Source: Deltaproteobacteria bacterium
GTDB lineage: Bacteria; CG2-30-53-67
Length of the DNA stretch: 64,000 nucleotides
Direction of reading: 5' to 3'
Assembly: GCA_013151235.1 (NCBI GenBank)
Contig: JAADIO010000033.1
Location: forward strand, 1 to 64,000
Shown: positions 9,330-19,078 of the stretch, piece after piece
Position numbering within the stretch: the first letter of the stretch is position 1
Layout of the letters: each line of letters begins with the position of its first letter
Program-made: the position numbers and the translations under genes
Notes under the pieces: model-generated
Told to the model about the DNA's origin: nothing
Database searches by the model: none
Seen by the model: only the letters and a program-made list of their open reading frames with translations

Positions 9330-10301
9330 TTATCTTGTTTGGAAGTTTTCGGCCTTCTCCAACTTGGATTTCGCCTCAGAGAGGAACCGGTTCAGGGCTC
9401 CCTGCGGTTTTCGGAAGCTTCCCGTATCAATCCATTCAATACGCTTCTCCGTCTGGAACCAGGTCATCTGACGCTTCGCAAAATGGCGGGTTTCTTTCTT
9501 GAGAAGATCCACGGCATTCCTGAGTTTCTCCTTCCCGATCACTACGGGGATCATTTCCTTATAACCGAGCCCCTGCATGGAGCCGGCATTCTTATCGACC
9601 CCCATGGCGAGAAGACCTCTCACCTCGTCCAGCAAGCCCTGCCGGATCATCTTGTCGATCCGTTTTTCGATAACGGGATAGAGTTTGTTGCGGCTCATGG
9701 TTAATCCGAAGAAGATAAACCGGTACTGCGATTCCAGGTTCGCTTTCTGTTCTTCCTGCAACTCCGAGATCGGTCTGCCCGTGATCCGGTAGACCTCCAG
9801 CGCCCGTATCAGGCGCCTTTCATCATTGGGATGAATCCTGCATGCTGATTTTGGATCAACCGTTTTCAGTTGATTATAGAGTGCGTTACGACCTTTTTTA
9901 GCAGCAAGTACTTTAAGGGAATTTCTGATCTCCGGATCGGCTTCCGGACCATTGAAAAGCCCGTTCGTAAGTACCCGGATGTAGAGACCGGTCCCGCCGA
10001 CAACCAGCGGGACCCGCCCGGCCGCATGCATCCGGTCGATAATTTCACCGGCCTTCCTGCGGTACTTTCCGACGCTGTAGGATTCGGACGGGTGAACGAA
10101 ATCCACGAGGTGATGTTGTATCCGGTCCCGTTCCTGCTTTGTCGGTTTTCCCGTTCCGATATCCATGTAGCGGTAAATCTGCATCGAATCGGCACCGATG
10201 ATCTCGGTGCCCAGGTTGTCCGCAAGTTCAATGGCAAAACGAGTTTTACCGACGGCTGTGGGACCGACGAGAAAGAGGATCGGTTTTCGGTGATCGGTCA
10301 T
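9330..10301 (-). CDS. miaA: tRNA dimethylallyltransferase
   Basis: GPTAVGKT, DSMQIYRYMDIGTGKP, VGGTGLY, AKRQMTWF. Confidence 0.98.
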   Translation of the reverse strand: MTDHRKPILFLVGPTAVGKTRFAIELADNLGTEIIGADSMQIYRYMDIGTGKPTKQERDRIQHHLVDFVHPSESYSVGKYRRKAGEIIDRMHAAGRVPLVVGGTGLYIRVLTNGLFNGPEADPEIRNSLKVLAAKKGRNALYNQLKTVDPKSACRIHPNDERRLIRALEVYRITGRPISELQEEQKANLESQYRFIFFGLTMSRNKLYPVIEKRIDKMIRQGLLDEVRGLLAMGVDKNAGSMQGLGYKEMIPVVIGKEKLRNAVDLLKKETRHFAKRQMTWFQTEKRIEWIDTGSFRKPQGALNRFLSEAKSKLEKAENFQTR

Positions 10302-10406
10302 GCGAAATGCTCCAGCCCTTCGACAGGTGAACGAAGGTTTTTCCTTCGCTCAGAAATTATCGTCCCGGTTTACCCGGGGCGATTCAGAAACAACCGCCAA
10401 TGTTTG

Positions 10407-12269
10407 TCAGGTTCGTTTGAACCGCCGCAGGATTTCCGGCAGGTCGATCCGGATCATCGTCGGCCGTCCATGTTCACAGGTATGGGGGGATTCGGTCCGG
10501 CTCAAATCCTTCAGGAGTGACTCCATCTCTTCCATTTGCAACGGTTGGTGTGCCTTGATCGCTCCCCGACAGGAGAAGAGATGAATCACTTTTCCGATTT
10601 GCCGTTCCAGCTCCTCAGCCTTCCCGAGGGTGCCGATCTCCTCGATGATCGCCCGAACCAGTTCCGCAATATCGGTTTCGGACACCCAGACGGGCACACC
10701 CTTGATGGCGAACGTCCCGTGGCCCAAATCGTCGATCTCAAGACCTAACCGGCCGAGGAGGCCGGTATATTCCTGCAGAAGAAGCTCTTCCCGCTGCGAA
10801 AGAGAGAGGTTTACGGGGATTAGAAGCCGCTGAACCGGGATCTTTTGCCGCTCATATTGTTTCATGAATTTCTCATAGAGGATCCTTTCATGGGCGGCAT
10901 GCTGGTCCACGAGGAGGAGTCCTTCCCGATCCTGAGTAATGATAAAACTATTGTCGATCTGTCCCATCGGCACCAGCCGTTCCGAGAAAAGAGATTGCAC
11001 GGCGGGCGTCGAAGACGTACAGGTCGGCCGGGCCGCCGGATGCAATGACGCGAAGTTTGTCCCGGATACCCGGTTCCGTCGAGACTCTCCGGTCTGCGCG
11101 GCCTGCACGTGTAAGGGGGGATGTCCCGCTTGCTTGAAATAAGAGGCCACGGCCTCCCGGACACGCTCTTCCCGTCCCGAAGGACCCGGATCGTCCGGTT
11201 GCGCCCCGCCGGGTTGACGGCCGAAGTCCTGAACGGTTTTTCGGACGGCCTCCCGGACGAAGTTGTGGATCCGCCGGATATCGGCAAACCGGACCTCCCG
11301 CTTGGTGGGATGGACATTCACGTCGACGAAGGACGGATTGATCTCAAGAAAGAGATAGACCACGGGATGACGCCCCTTCATGAGCAGGGTCTCGTAGGCC
11401 TCGTAAACGGCATGGCGAAGGGTCGGGTCGGAGACGGGCCGCCGGTTGACGAAGAAATTCAGCGCTCGGCCGTTCGGCCGGGAATAGCCCGGAATGGAAA
11501 CGAACCCGAAGAGATGCATTCCTTCGACTCCCTCCTCGACCTCTGTGAGGTTGGCCTTTAAATCCCTGCCGAACAGATGCCCTGCCCGTTCCAGAATTGA
11601 ATCGACATCAGGCGCCTGGATGAGGGTCCGTCCGTTGTGGCGCAGGGTGAAATAGACGTCGGGATGGGCGAGTGCAGTCTCCGAAACGGTCCCGGTGATA
11701 TGGGAAAGTTCTGTGGAGTTCGATTTAAGGAATTTTTTGCGGGCCGGTATATTCAGAAAAAGATCTTGAACTTCGATGGTCGTCCCCTTCCCTCTTCCCG
11801 CTGCACGAATTTCTTTCACGGTGCCGTCCTTCAGATAGATTTCAGTTCCTTCCGGCCGGCTGCCGTCGGATGTCGTGAGATGGATATCCGAAACGGAGGC
11901 GATGCTCGGCAGCGCCTCCCCCCGGAACCCGAGAGAGGCGATCCGTTCCAGGTCCGCGAATTTCCGGATTTTGCTGGTCGCATGTCGCTCGAAGGCAAGG
12001 AGCGCATCCTCCCGGTTCATTCCGCAACCATTATCCCGGACGCGGATCAGTTTCTTTCCTCCTTCAGTGATATCGATCCGGATGTCCGATGCGCCTGCAT
12101 CGAGGGCGTTCTCCAGCAGTTCCTTGACCACGGAGGCGGGGCGTTCCACGACCTCGCCGGCGGCGATCTTGTTGATGAGATCACTGGGAAGGAGTTCTAT
12201 CTTGTGCGCCCCATTTGCGTAAGGTGCCTGCTCATGATCCCTCCCCATTTGCGTAAGGCGTCCGCTCAC
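10407..12269 (-). CDS. mutL: DNA mismatch repair endonuclease
   Basis: IAAGEVVERPASVVKELLEN, GFRGEAL, DVNVHPTKREV, DQHAAHERILYE, CEHGRP. Confidence 0.98.
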   Translation of the reverse strand: MSGRLTQMGRDHEQAPYANGAHKIELLPSDLINKIAAGEVVERPASVVKELLENALDAGASDIRIDITEGGKKLIRVRDNGCGMNREDALLAFERHATSKIRKFADLERIASLGFRGEALPSIASVSDIHLTTSDGSRPEGTEIYLKDGTVKEIRAAGRGKGTTIEVQDLFLNIPARKKFLKSNSTELSHITGTVSETALAHPDVYFTLRHNGRTLIQAPDVDSILERAGHLFGRDLKANLTEVEEGVEGMHLFGFVSIPGYSRPNGRALNFFVNRRPVSDPTLRHAVYEAYETLLMKGRHPVVYLFLEINPSFVDVNVHPTKREVRFADIRRIHNFVREAVRKTVQDFGRQPGGAQPDDPGPSGREERVREAVASYFKQAGHPPLHVQAAQTGESRRNRVSGTNFASLHPAARPTCTSSTPAVQSLFSERLVPMGQIDNSFIITQDREGLLLVDQHAAHERILYEKFMKQYERQKIPVQRLLIPVNLSLSQREELLLQEYTGLLGRLGLEIDDLGHGTFAIKGVPVWVSETDIAELVRAIIEEIGTLGKAEELERQIGKVIHLFSCRGAIKAHQPLQMEEMESLLKDLSRTESPHTCEHGRPTMIRIDLPEILRRFKRT

Positions 12270-13654
12270 GATTCTTCCCTTTGAGAAAGAGGGGTCGGGG
12301 GAGGTTGCTCGTTCGTGGATGCGGTACCGCCGGGTGGCCGGGCCGTCTTGTCGGCAAGTTGCATCAAGGTCACCCCCCCCAGGTGTTCGTGCAGTATCTT
12401 ACGGCTTTCCCGAAAGAGGTCCTGCAAGTATTGCTGGTCCGGGTCTTTCGGATAAGGAGCGGCCAGGAGCAGTTTGCCCCGGGCGGCTTCAACCACTTGG
12501 GATACCGTGATCCGTGCCGGATCTTGGGCCGGGACAAAGGCGTCCCGCATTCCCTCGATGCGTCGAGCCAACCCTTGCCTGACAAGAGAGGTCAGAATCT
12601 TTTCCATCATGTCATAGGTAATTCCCAGGGTTTGTGAAATCGCCAGCGTCCGGGGCGGCTCCTCCCCTGCGAGGAAGCGCCGGACGATTTCGATCATGGC
12701 ACGCAGCGCCAGATATCCCCGGAAATTCTCGGGTCGGAAGGTTCCGGTGGCTCCGGTCCGATAGATTTCCGGATATTGTAGAACATAAGAAAACTCCGCC
12801 CCGAGAAGGACGATAATCCAGATCAGAAAGAGGTAGAAGAGAAAGGCGGGGATCGCGGCCAGGGCACCGTAGATCTTGCTGTAAGCGGAAAAGTGTGTGA
12901 CGTAGAGAGCGAAGCCCCACTTGAGGACCATAAACAAGAAGGCACCAATGGCGGCACCGCCCAAGGCTGAACGCGTTCCGACCCGCGTATAGGGAAGGAG
13001 TTTATAGAGCATGAAAAAGGCCAGGAGGATCATGAGAAAGGGGATCAGATAGACGAGGGAAGCCTTGATCAGGGGGGAGGTCAAAAAGGTCCCCAGTACC
13101 GGCAGGGATTTCAGCTTGGCCGTCATGAAAAGAGAAAGACCGATCAGAATCGGCGCCAGGGTCAGGGACATCCAGAAGGAATTGATTTTGTCCCAGAGGC
13201 TTCTCTTTTCCGTGACATGCCAGATCGCATTGAAAGATTTCTCCATGGTGTTGATCATGGAATAGGCCGCGACAAAAAGGACCAATGTCCCGAGCGTACT
13301 CAGCGCTGCGGTATTGGAGGAGAATTTATCAATGTTGTCCTGGATCGTCCGAAAGAGTTGTGCATTGGGAAAGAGATAGCGGCTGAGAAAATTTTTCACT
13401 TCCTCCCGGGAGAGTTTCATCCGGCTGAACCATGAAAAGGAAACCGCCATCAGGGGGACGATGGAGAGAATCGTGGTATAGGTCAGCGAGGAGGCCCGCA
13501 AAAGACACCGGTCCTGGATAAATTCCAGTCCCACATGGTAGCAGAGCCGGAGTCGGCTCAGGAGCCAGGCGGAAAATCTGGAATAATCATCGATATCCAG
13601 GGTCAGGAGCCGGGCGAAAAAATTCTGTCTCCCCATCGTCTTTTTCTGATTCAT
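12266..13654 (-). CDS. YihY/BrkB-family inner-membrane protein with C-terminal Rrf2-like winged-helix domain
   Basis: RASSLTYTTILSIVP, YSKIYGALAAIP, WIIVLLGAE; C-terminal ISQTLGI...PARITVSQVVEA. Confidence 0.88.
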   Translation of the reverse strand: MNQKKTMGRQNFFARLLTLDIDDYSRFSAWLLSRLRLCYHVGLEFIQDRCLLRASSLTYTTILSIVPLMAVSFSWFSRMKLSREEVKNFLSRYLFPNAQLFRTIQDNIDKFSSNTAALSTLGTLVLFVAAYSMINTMEKSFNAIWHVTEKRSLWDKINSFWMSLTLAPILIGLSLFMTAKLKSLPVLGTFLTSPLIKASLVYLIPFLMILLAFFMLYKLLPYTRVGTRSALGGAAIGAFLFMVLKWGFALYVTHFSAYSKIYGALAAIPAFLFYLFLIWIIVLLGAEFSYVLQYPEIYRTGATGTFRPENFRGYLALRAMIEIVRRFLAGEEPPRTLAISQTLGITYDMMEKILTSLVRQGLARRIEGMRDAFVPAQDPARITVSQVVEAARGKLLLAAPYPKDPDQQYLQDLFRESRKILHEHLGGVTLMQLADKTARPPGGTASTNEQPPPTPLSQREES

Positions 13655-13656
13655 TT

Positions 13657-14997
13657 TTATGCTCCACTCAGGGAAAGGTTGCCGATGAGGAGAGTAGGGG
13701 AACCGATCGAACCGTAGAAACGAATATCGCTTCCGATCCCTTCAATTTTTTTCAACAGGTCGATCAGATTCCCGGCCATGGCACCGCCGCGTACCGGATG
13801 GGTCACCCTTCCCTTCTCCACCCAAAGGCCCGAGACTCCAACGGAGAAATCACCTGAAACCGGATTGGCCGTATGCATTCCCATGACTTCGGTCACAAGG
13901 AGCCCACGATCCATCTTCCGGAGCAGTTCCTCTTCGGTCAGATCCCCGGCTTCGATGTAAAGGTTCGTGGTCCCCACATGGGGCATTCCGGCGTAGCCGT
14001 TTCGCATGCCGTTGCCCGTAGAAGACTCTCCCGCCCGGTCGGCGGTATAACAGTTATGCAGATATCCTTGCAGAACACCGTTGCGGATCAGGTGTTTACA
14101 CTGCATCGGCACGCCTTCGTCATCAAAAGGCGCCGTGCCGGCGCCGCCCGGCAGGAGGCCGTTGTCAACCAACTGGAAGGTGGAGGCAGCGACCTTCTCC
14201 CCTACTCGGTCTTTGAACAGTGATTTTTCTTTCTGAACGGCATTCGCGGAAAAAGGTGCCGCCAGAACTTCGAGAAACCCGACGGCCGTAAGAGGCGTCA
14301 GTAAGACTTTCACATTGCAGGTCGGGACCGCCTTCGCGCCTAAAAGCTGCAGGGCATTATCCGCCCCTCTTCTTCCAATCTTCCGTACGTCCAGCCCCGA
14401 AAAGGTCCGATGAAAATCGGAGTCCCATCCCATCTCCTGATGGGTGCCGTCATCGGCCATCACCATGATACTGGCGGAGCAGGAAGTTCCGCTGAACGAA
14501 AGATCGACACCCCGGGAGTTGAGAAGGTGAACGTGATACTCCGAATCATGGGTGGCCGCCTTGCGAACGACCTTGATCCGGGAGTCCCGTTCCCGGGCCG
14601 TTTGCTCCAGCGTCATGGCCCGGGCAATCTTCTCCTCTTCAGGGACGGCGGCGATACCGGAGTCGAAGAGCTGAAGGTCGACATCCGGGATCTCCGTCGG
14701 ACCGGGGAGACAGTTATGGGAATCGGGCTCGGTAAATTTCGCTGCGGTTACGGCATGTTGAACCAGGGCATCGATCTCCGAACCGTCGGAGAGGGCCGCA
14801 AAGGCAAACCCCGCACGTCCCTCCTCGATTACCCGCAGACCGGCCCCACGGATATTCGCGGAGATAAAGGCGTCGACCTTCTGGTCCTTGACCTCGATCG
14901 TTGTCGCACGCGAGGAGAGGAGATAGACCTCTGCATTCTCGATACCCCGGTGAAGTGTACGGGAGAGGATCTCCCCGGCGGTCTCGGAAAAGTTCAT
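13657..14997 (-). CDS. pmbA: TldD/PmbA-family protein (PmbA-like)
   Basis: PFDDEGVP, STGNG, MGMHTANPVSGDFS, ends LSGA; no HExxxH seen. Confidence 0.9.
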   Translation of the reverse strand: MNFSETAGEILSRTLHRGIENAEVYLLSSRATTIEVKDQKVDAFISANIRGAGLRVIEEGRAGFAFAALSDGSEIDALVQHAVTAAKFTEPDSHNCLPGPTEIPDVDLQLFDSGIAAVPEEEKIARAMTLEQTARERDSRIKVVRKAATHDSEYHVHLLNSRGVDLSFSGTSCSASIMVMADDGTHQEMGWDSDFHRTFSGLDVRKIGRRGADNALQLLGAKAVPTCNVKVLLTPLTAVGFLEVLAAPFSANAVQKEKSLFKDRVGEKVAASTFQLVDNGLLPGGAGTAPFDDEGVPMQCKHLIRNGVLQGYLHNCYTADRAGESSTGNGMRNGYAGMPHVGTTNLYIEAGDLTEEELLRKMDRGLLVTEVMGMHTANPVSGDFSVGVSGLWVEKGRVTHPVRGGAMAGNLIDLLKKIEGIGSDIRFYGSIGSPTLLIGNLSLSGA

Positions 14998-15048
14998 GTA
15001 TTCAACCTCTTTCGAATTCCCGGTTTCTCATTTTTGTCTCCCTGCTCT

Positions 15049-15537
15049 TCATGACAGCTCAAAAATCATCGCCACTTCATTGCAGTCGGGAAATTTGAAA
15101 CATTTTACGCACTCTCCCCACACCTTTTGAGGGAGGACATTCTTGTCGGCCTTTTTGAATCCGATCTTCATAAAGAACCCCTCCTTGTCCGTCAGAGTGA
15201 AAACCCGTCCGACTTTCAGCGCCTCCGCCTCCTTGAGACAGGCTCGGGCCAGGCGGCTGCCGATCCCCTGCTGCCGGAAATTCGGCAGTACGGCCAGGGA
15301 TTTGACTTCCGCAAGATCTTCCCAGACGATATGGAGGGCGCAGACCCCGACAACCTGCTTACCCGCGATGCAGACATGAAAATCCCTGATATTGTCATAC
15401 AGCTCGCTCAGGGATCGGGAGAGCATCTCCCCGTCCTGCGCCGACTGGTTGATCAGTTTCTGGAGTGCGGAGACATCACCAGGCTGTGCCTTACGAAAGA
15501 GAAAGGACTCTTTTGTCTCCAAAACCTCTTTTTTCAT
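15049..15537 (-). CDS. GNAT N-acetyltransferase, short ArgA-like amino-acid acetyltransferase
   Basis: MLSRSLSELYDNIRDF, WEDLAEVKSLAV, LPQKVWGECVKCFKFPDCNE. Confidence 0.88.
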   Translation of the reverse strand: MKKEVLETKESFLFRKAQPGDVSALQKLINQSAQDGEMLSRSLSELYDNIRDFHVCIAGKQVVGVCALHIVWEDLAEVKSLAVLPNFRQQGIGSRLARACLKEAEALKVGRVFTLTDKEGFFMKIGFKKADKNVLPQKVWGECVKCFKFPDCNEVAMIFELS

Positions 15538-15586
15538 ATCAATGATTCTCAATGTAGAAAACGTGAAAATGAACGGCTGTTTTTCC

Positions 15587-15615
15587 TTGACGGGACAGAG
15601 GAGATTCTCTATAGT
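15587..15615 (+). promoter_or_regulatory. sigma70 promoter for tRNA-Phe
   Basis: TTGACG-17 nt-TATAGT, 11 nt upstream of the tRNA. Confidence 0.7.
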
Positions 15616-15626
15616 ACCCAAATCCT

Positions 15627-15702
<76 letters not shown>

Positions 15703-15720
15703 TTTCCGGAATTATACGGG

Positions 15721-15752
15721 ATAGCCGTTGAGGAAATCAACGGCTATTTTTT
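15721..15752 (+). terminator. Intrinsic terminator of tRNA-Phe
   Basis: ATAGCCGTTGA-ggaaa-TCAACGGCTAT followed by a T-run. Confidence 0.85.
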
Positions 15753-15777
15753 TATCTGCCCGGTATGCCGGGCAGAT

Positions 15778-15810
15778 AAAAAAAGGGGCGGCCCGAAAAG
15801 ACCTGCCCCT
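15778..15810 (-). terminator. Intrinsic terminator of tRNA-Gly
   Basis: Minus strand AGGGGCAGG...CCGCCCCT followed by a T-run. Confidence 0.7.
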
Positions 15811-15819
15811 TGCATTTTC

Positions 15820-15894
<75 letters not shown>

Positions 15895-15952
15895 AAACGA
15901 TCTTGTTATTTTATTGATCTTCCGGATGAAGTCAAGAGTTATTTGATCCGGA

Positions 15953-16552
15953 TCAACCCCTTTCTTCCTTCCAGCGCCGATAGAGCGAATGTTCAATCCC
16001 CATCATGTCGAGAACCCGGCCGACAATGAAATCGACCAGGTCGGAAATCGTTTCCGGCCCATGATAAAAGGCCGGCATGGGGGGAAGGATCGTCACACCG
16101 AGGCGGGAGAGTTTCAGCATATTTTCCAGATGGATGGAAGAAAGCGGGGTCTCCCTGGGCAGAAGAATCAGAGGCCGTTTCTGCTTGATCATGACATCTC
16201 CGCTCCGCCGGATCAGGTTGTCGGCAAGACCGTAGGCCAGGGCCGCAAGGGTTGCCATGGAACAGGGGGCGATCACCATTCCCCGGTGCTGCGAGGAGCC
16301 GCTTGCCGCCGCAACCTCAAAGTCTTTATTGTTGTAAATACTTACACTTGATGGATCTATCTTCAGGTGATTCTTTAAATCTTCCGTATTCAGTGTCGGG
16401 GGAATCCCCACCTCTTCCCGAAGCACGATTTGAGCCGCATCCGAAAGGATCAGATCAACATGACAACCCGCCCGGTTCAGTTCCTCCAACAGCCGCGTTC
16501 CATAGACCGCTCCGCTGGCGCCGGTCATCCCCAAGATCCATCTTTTTTCCAT
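15953..16552 (-). CDS. ubiX: Flavin prenyltransferase
   Basis: GMTGASGAVYG, ASGS, APCSMATL, PRETPLS.IHLENM, PPMPAFY. Confidence 0.95.
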   Translation of the reverse strand: MEKRWILGMTGASGAVYGTRLLEELNRAGCHVDLILSDAAQIVLREEVGIPPTLNTEDLKNHLKIDPSSVSIYNNKDFEVAAASGSSQHRGMVIAPCSMATLAALAYGLADNLIRRSGDVMIKQKRPLILLPRETPLSSIHLENMLKLSRLGVTILPPMPAFYHGPETISDLVDFIVGRVLDMMGIEHSLYRRWKEERG

Positions 16553-16565
16553 GGAAAGTCCGTCC

Positions 16566-17417
16566 TTATAACCAGAGATCCAGCAGGGTAAATGCAAAGA
16601 GGGTCACGCTGATATAGCCGTTCATCTTGAAGAAGGCCATGTCGAGCCGGGAGAGATCATCTTCACGGATAATGGCATGTTCATAGAAGAGGAGGCCGCT
16701 GACAATCGCCAGCCCGGCAAGATAGTAAATTCCCAGCGACAACATCGGAATCTCCAATGTCAGGAGGACCACCGTCAGGAGATGGAAAATCCGAGCGATG
16801 ACCAGGGAAGACCCGACCCCGACCCTGCCGGGGAGGGAATAGAGTCCGGCCTTCCGGTCGAAATCGATATCCTGGATGGCATAGAGGATGTCAAAGCCGG
16901 CCACCCAGAAAAAGACGGCCAAGCCGATAAGGAGGACGGGAAGTTCCAGGTTCCCGCGCACGGCGATCCATGCGCCCACCGGAGCAATGGCCAGCGAGAG
17001 GCCGAGAACCAGGTGGGAATACGCGGTAAACCGTTTTGTAAAAGAGTACCCGAGGATGACCAGCAGGGCAAAGGGAGAGAGCATCAGGCAGAGAGGATTG
17101 AGACGAGCGCAGGCGAATACAAAGAGCAGAAGGGAGCCGACGATCATCCAAACGGCCTGCGGGAGGGTCACAATCCCTCTCGGCATCTCCCGATCGGCCG
17201 TACGGGGATTTGCGGCATCGATCTTTCGGTCCACCAGGCGGTTGAAGGTCATGGCGAGGGTTCGCGCACCGATCATGGCCATGAGAATCCAGAACAGAAC
17301 ATGACCCGAAGGAAGACCCCGTGCCGCCAGTACCGCTCCCATGAGGGCGAAAGGGAGTGCAAAGACAGTATGAGAAAACTTGATCATCCGAAGGAGATCA
17401 ACAAACGTCCGTATCAT
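16566..17417 (-). CDS. UbiA-family polyprenyltransferase (MqnP-like, futalosine menaquinone pathway)
   Basis: IKFSHTVFALPFA, FNRLVDRKIDAANPRT, WVAGFDILYAIQD, MAFFKMNG. Confidence 0.9.
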   Translation of the reverse strand: MIRTFVDLLRMIKFSHTVFALPFALMGAVLAARGLPSGHVLFWILMAMIGARTLAMTFNRLVDRKIDAANPRTADREMPRGIVTLPQAVWMIVGSLLLFVFACARLNPLCLMLSPFALLVILGYSFTKRFTAYSHLVLGLSLAIAPVGAWIAVRGNLELPVLLIGLAVFFWVAGFDILYAIQDIDFDRKAGLYSLPGRVGVGSSLVIARIFHLLTVVLLTLEIPMLSLGIYYLAGLAIVSGLLFYEHAIIREDDLSRLDMAFFKMNGYISVTLFAFTLLDLWL

Positions 17418-17436
17418 AGTCGGTTTCTCCCATTTC

Positions 17437-18144
17437 TCAGACGCGGGTCACCTGGACCATTCGGTTGACGTAGCGATTCAATCTTCGGTGGTCTTTCGGT
17501 TTCAGTTCCGTGAATTCCACGCCGCAGAGATAGCGCCAGAGCGGATAATCGCTGGCGGGCTGAGTATATTTGACCACGGCCTTCCCTTCGACTCGTCCGT
17601 ACCGGGGGAGTTCCACCTGGAGGTTCTGCAGGAGCGTCCCGGTTTTGAAAACCTTATTGGAGGTAAAACGGAGGCCTTTCAGTCCAATGTCAATCACGAC
17701 GCCCCGTTCCTTGTCGACATCCACCTGAATCGGTTCATCCGCACTGTTTTTGTATCGGGCCATTTTTATGTCCTGGCAAGACTCCACGATCAACGGATAG
17801 GAGAGACGGTACTCACCTTCCCCGGTCTCTCCCTTTTTCAGAAGACGTGTCTGGAACTCGTACAGGATCCCCCGTGCCGAATTGTAACGGACGAGCAGTT
17901 CCCTCCCCTCCGTCAGGCCTGGATCTGCTGCGAGACGGTTCATAACCCGAATCCGCAGAAGACCCTCCCGCTGTGAATGATTGATGGCACACAAAAAAGC
18001 GGTACAAAGTTCCGTGCCTTCTTCTCCCGCGATCCGGAGCGGAATACGATGATCCTGCGTCCAGTCAAGATGTTCCCGAATGGCGGCTGCATCGGAGATC
18101 ATTCCCCGGACGACTTTTTTCCTGCGAAAGAGATTAAAAAACAT
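17437..18144 (-). CDS. PilZ-domain protein (YcgR-like layout, degenerate motifs)
   Basis: N-terminal YEFQTRLL barrel; C-terminal VIDIGLKGLRF...CGVEFTEL. Confidence 0.7.
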   Translation of the reverse strand: MFFNLFRRKKVVRGMISDAAAIREHLDWTQDHRIPLRIAGEEGTELCTAFLCAINHSQREGLLRIRVMNRLAADPGLTEGRELLVRYNSARGILYEFQTRLLKKGETGEGEYRLSYPLIVESCQDIKMARYKNSADEPIQVDVDKERGVVIDIGLKGLRFTSNKVFKTGTLLQNLQVELPRYGRVEGKAVVKYTQPASDYPLWRYLCGVEFTELKPKDHRRLNRYVNRMVQVTRV

Positions 18145-18153
18145 CGGTGCCTC

Positions 18154-19065
18154 CTACCCTCTTCCCATTTTATGGAAAATAGCTGCCTGTACATCCCGTT
18201 TGCGGCCGGTCCATTCCGGTGCCACCAGTCGTGCAGGAGGGGCTTCCCCCATGAATCGATGGATCACCATCCGGTCGGAGATCCTCTCCACGATTCGGCA
18301 GACAATCTCAACATATTCTTCCTGCTCCAGGAGGGGGATTTGCCCGGCACGATATGCCTGTTCCAGCGGCGTCCCTTTCAGTACATGAAGATGGTGGAGT
18401 TTGATCCCTTCGACCTGAAGATCGAGCAATGCCTGAACGGTCTCGATCATATCGTTCATCGATTCGCCCGGCAGTCCCAGGATCACATGGGCGCAGAGGG
18501 GAATCTCCCGTTGATGGGCACGTTGCACGGCGTCTACGACACAGGCGAAATCATGACCTCGGCCGATTCTTTGCAGGGTCCGGTCGTGGGCTGACTGGAC
18601 GCCGATTTCAAGATCCAGATATTCAAGACGTGCCTGAAAGGCTGCGATCAGATCGAGTACCGTATCCGGCAGGCAGTCCGGCCGGGTGCCGATGGAAAGG
18701 CCGACGACCTCTTCGACACCGATCGCCTCTCCCCAAAGTCTTTGAAGGCGGGGAATCGGGGCATAAGTATTACTGAAGGGCTGAAAATAGGCTATGAACT
18801 TATCGGCCCGGAAACGCTTCTTTCCATAGGCGATACCCGAACGAAGCTGCGCCGTGATGGATTTCCCCGGATCGGACCCGGTCGCAGCGGAGCCGTTTGC
18901 ATCACAGAAGAGACAGCCTCCCGTTGCAAGAGTTCCATCACGATTGGGACAGGTCAGACCGGCATGGAGGGGAATCTTGTGGACCCGGCAGCCGAAATAC
19001 CGGCGTAGTTCCGCTCCCAACGTCCGGATCGGCACTTTCTTTTCCAGGATCTCTGCCTGCGACAT
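18154..19065 (-). CDS. TIGR01212 (YhcC-like) radical SAM protein
   Basis: TCPNRDG..GGCLFC, AYFQPFSNTY, IGTRPDCL, HVILGLPGE. Confidence 0.93.
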   Translation of the reverse strand: MSQAEILEKKVPIRTLGAELRRYFGCRVHKIPLHAGLTCPNRDGTLATGGCLFCDANGSAATGSDPGKSITAQLRSGIAYGKKRFRADKFIAYFQPFSNTYAPIPRLQRLWGEAIGVEEVVGLSIGTRPDCLPDTVLDLIAAFQARLEYLDLEIGVQSAHDRTLQRIGRGHDFACVVDAVQRAHQREIPLCAHVILGLPGESMNDMIETVQALLDLQVEGIKLHHLHVLKGTPLEQAYRAGQIPLLEQEEYVEIVCRIVERISDRMVIHRFMGEAPPARLVAPEWTGRKRDVQAAIFHKMGRG

Positions 19066-19078
19066 CTTGATCGGTTTC

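Noticed and set aside
9213-9704. 163-aa ORF starting beside dif, considered as a possible integrative-element gene
   Set aside because: Mostly antisense to miaA, TTG start, no recognisable motif
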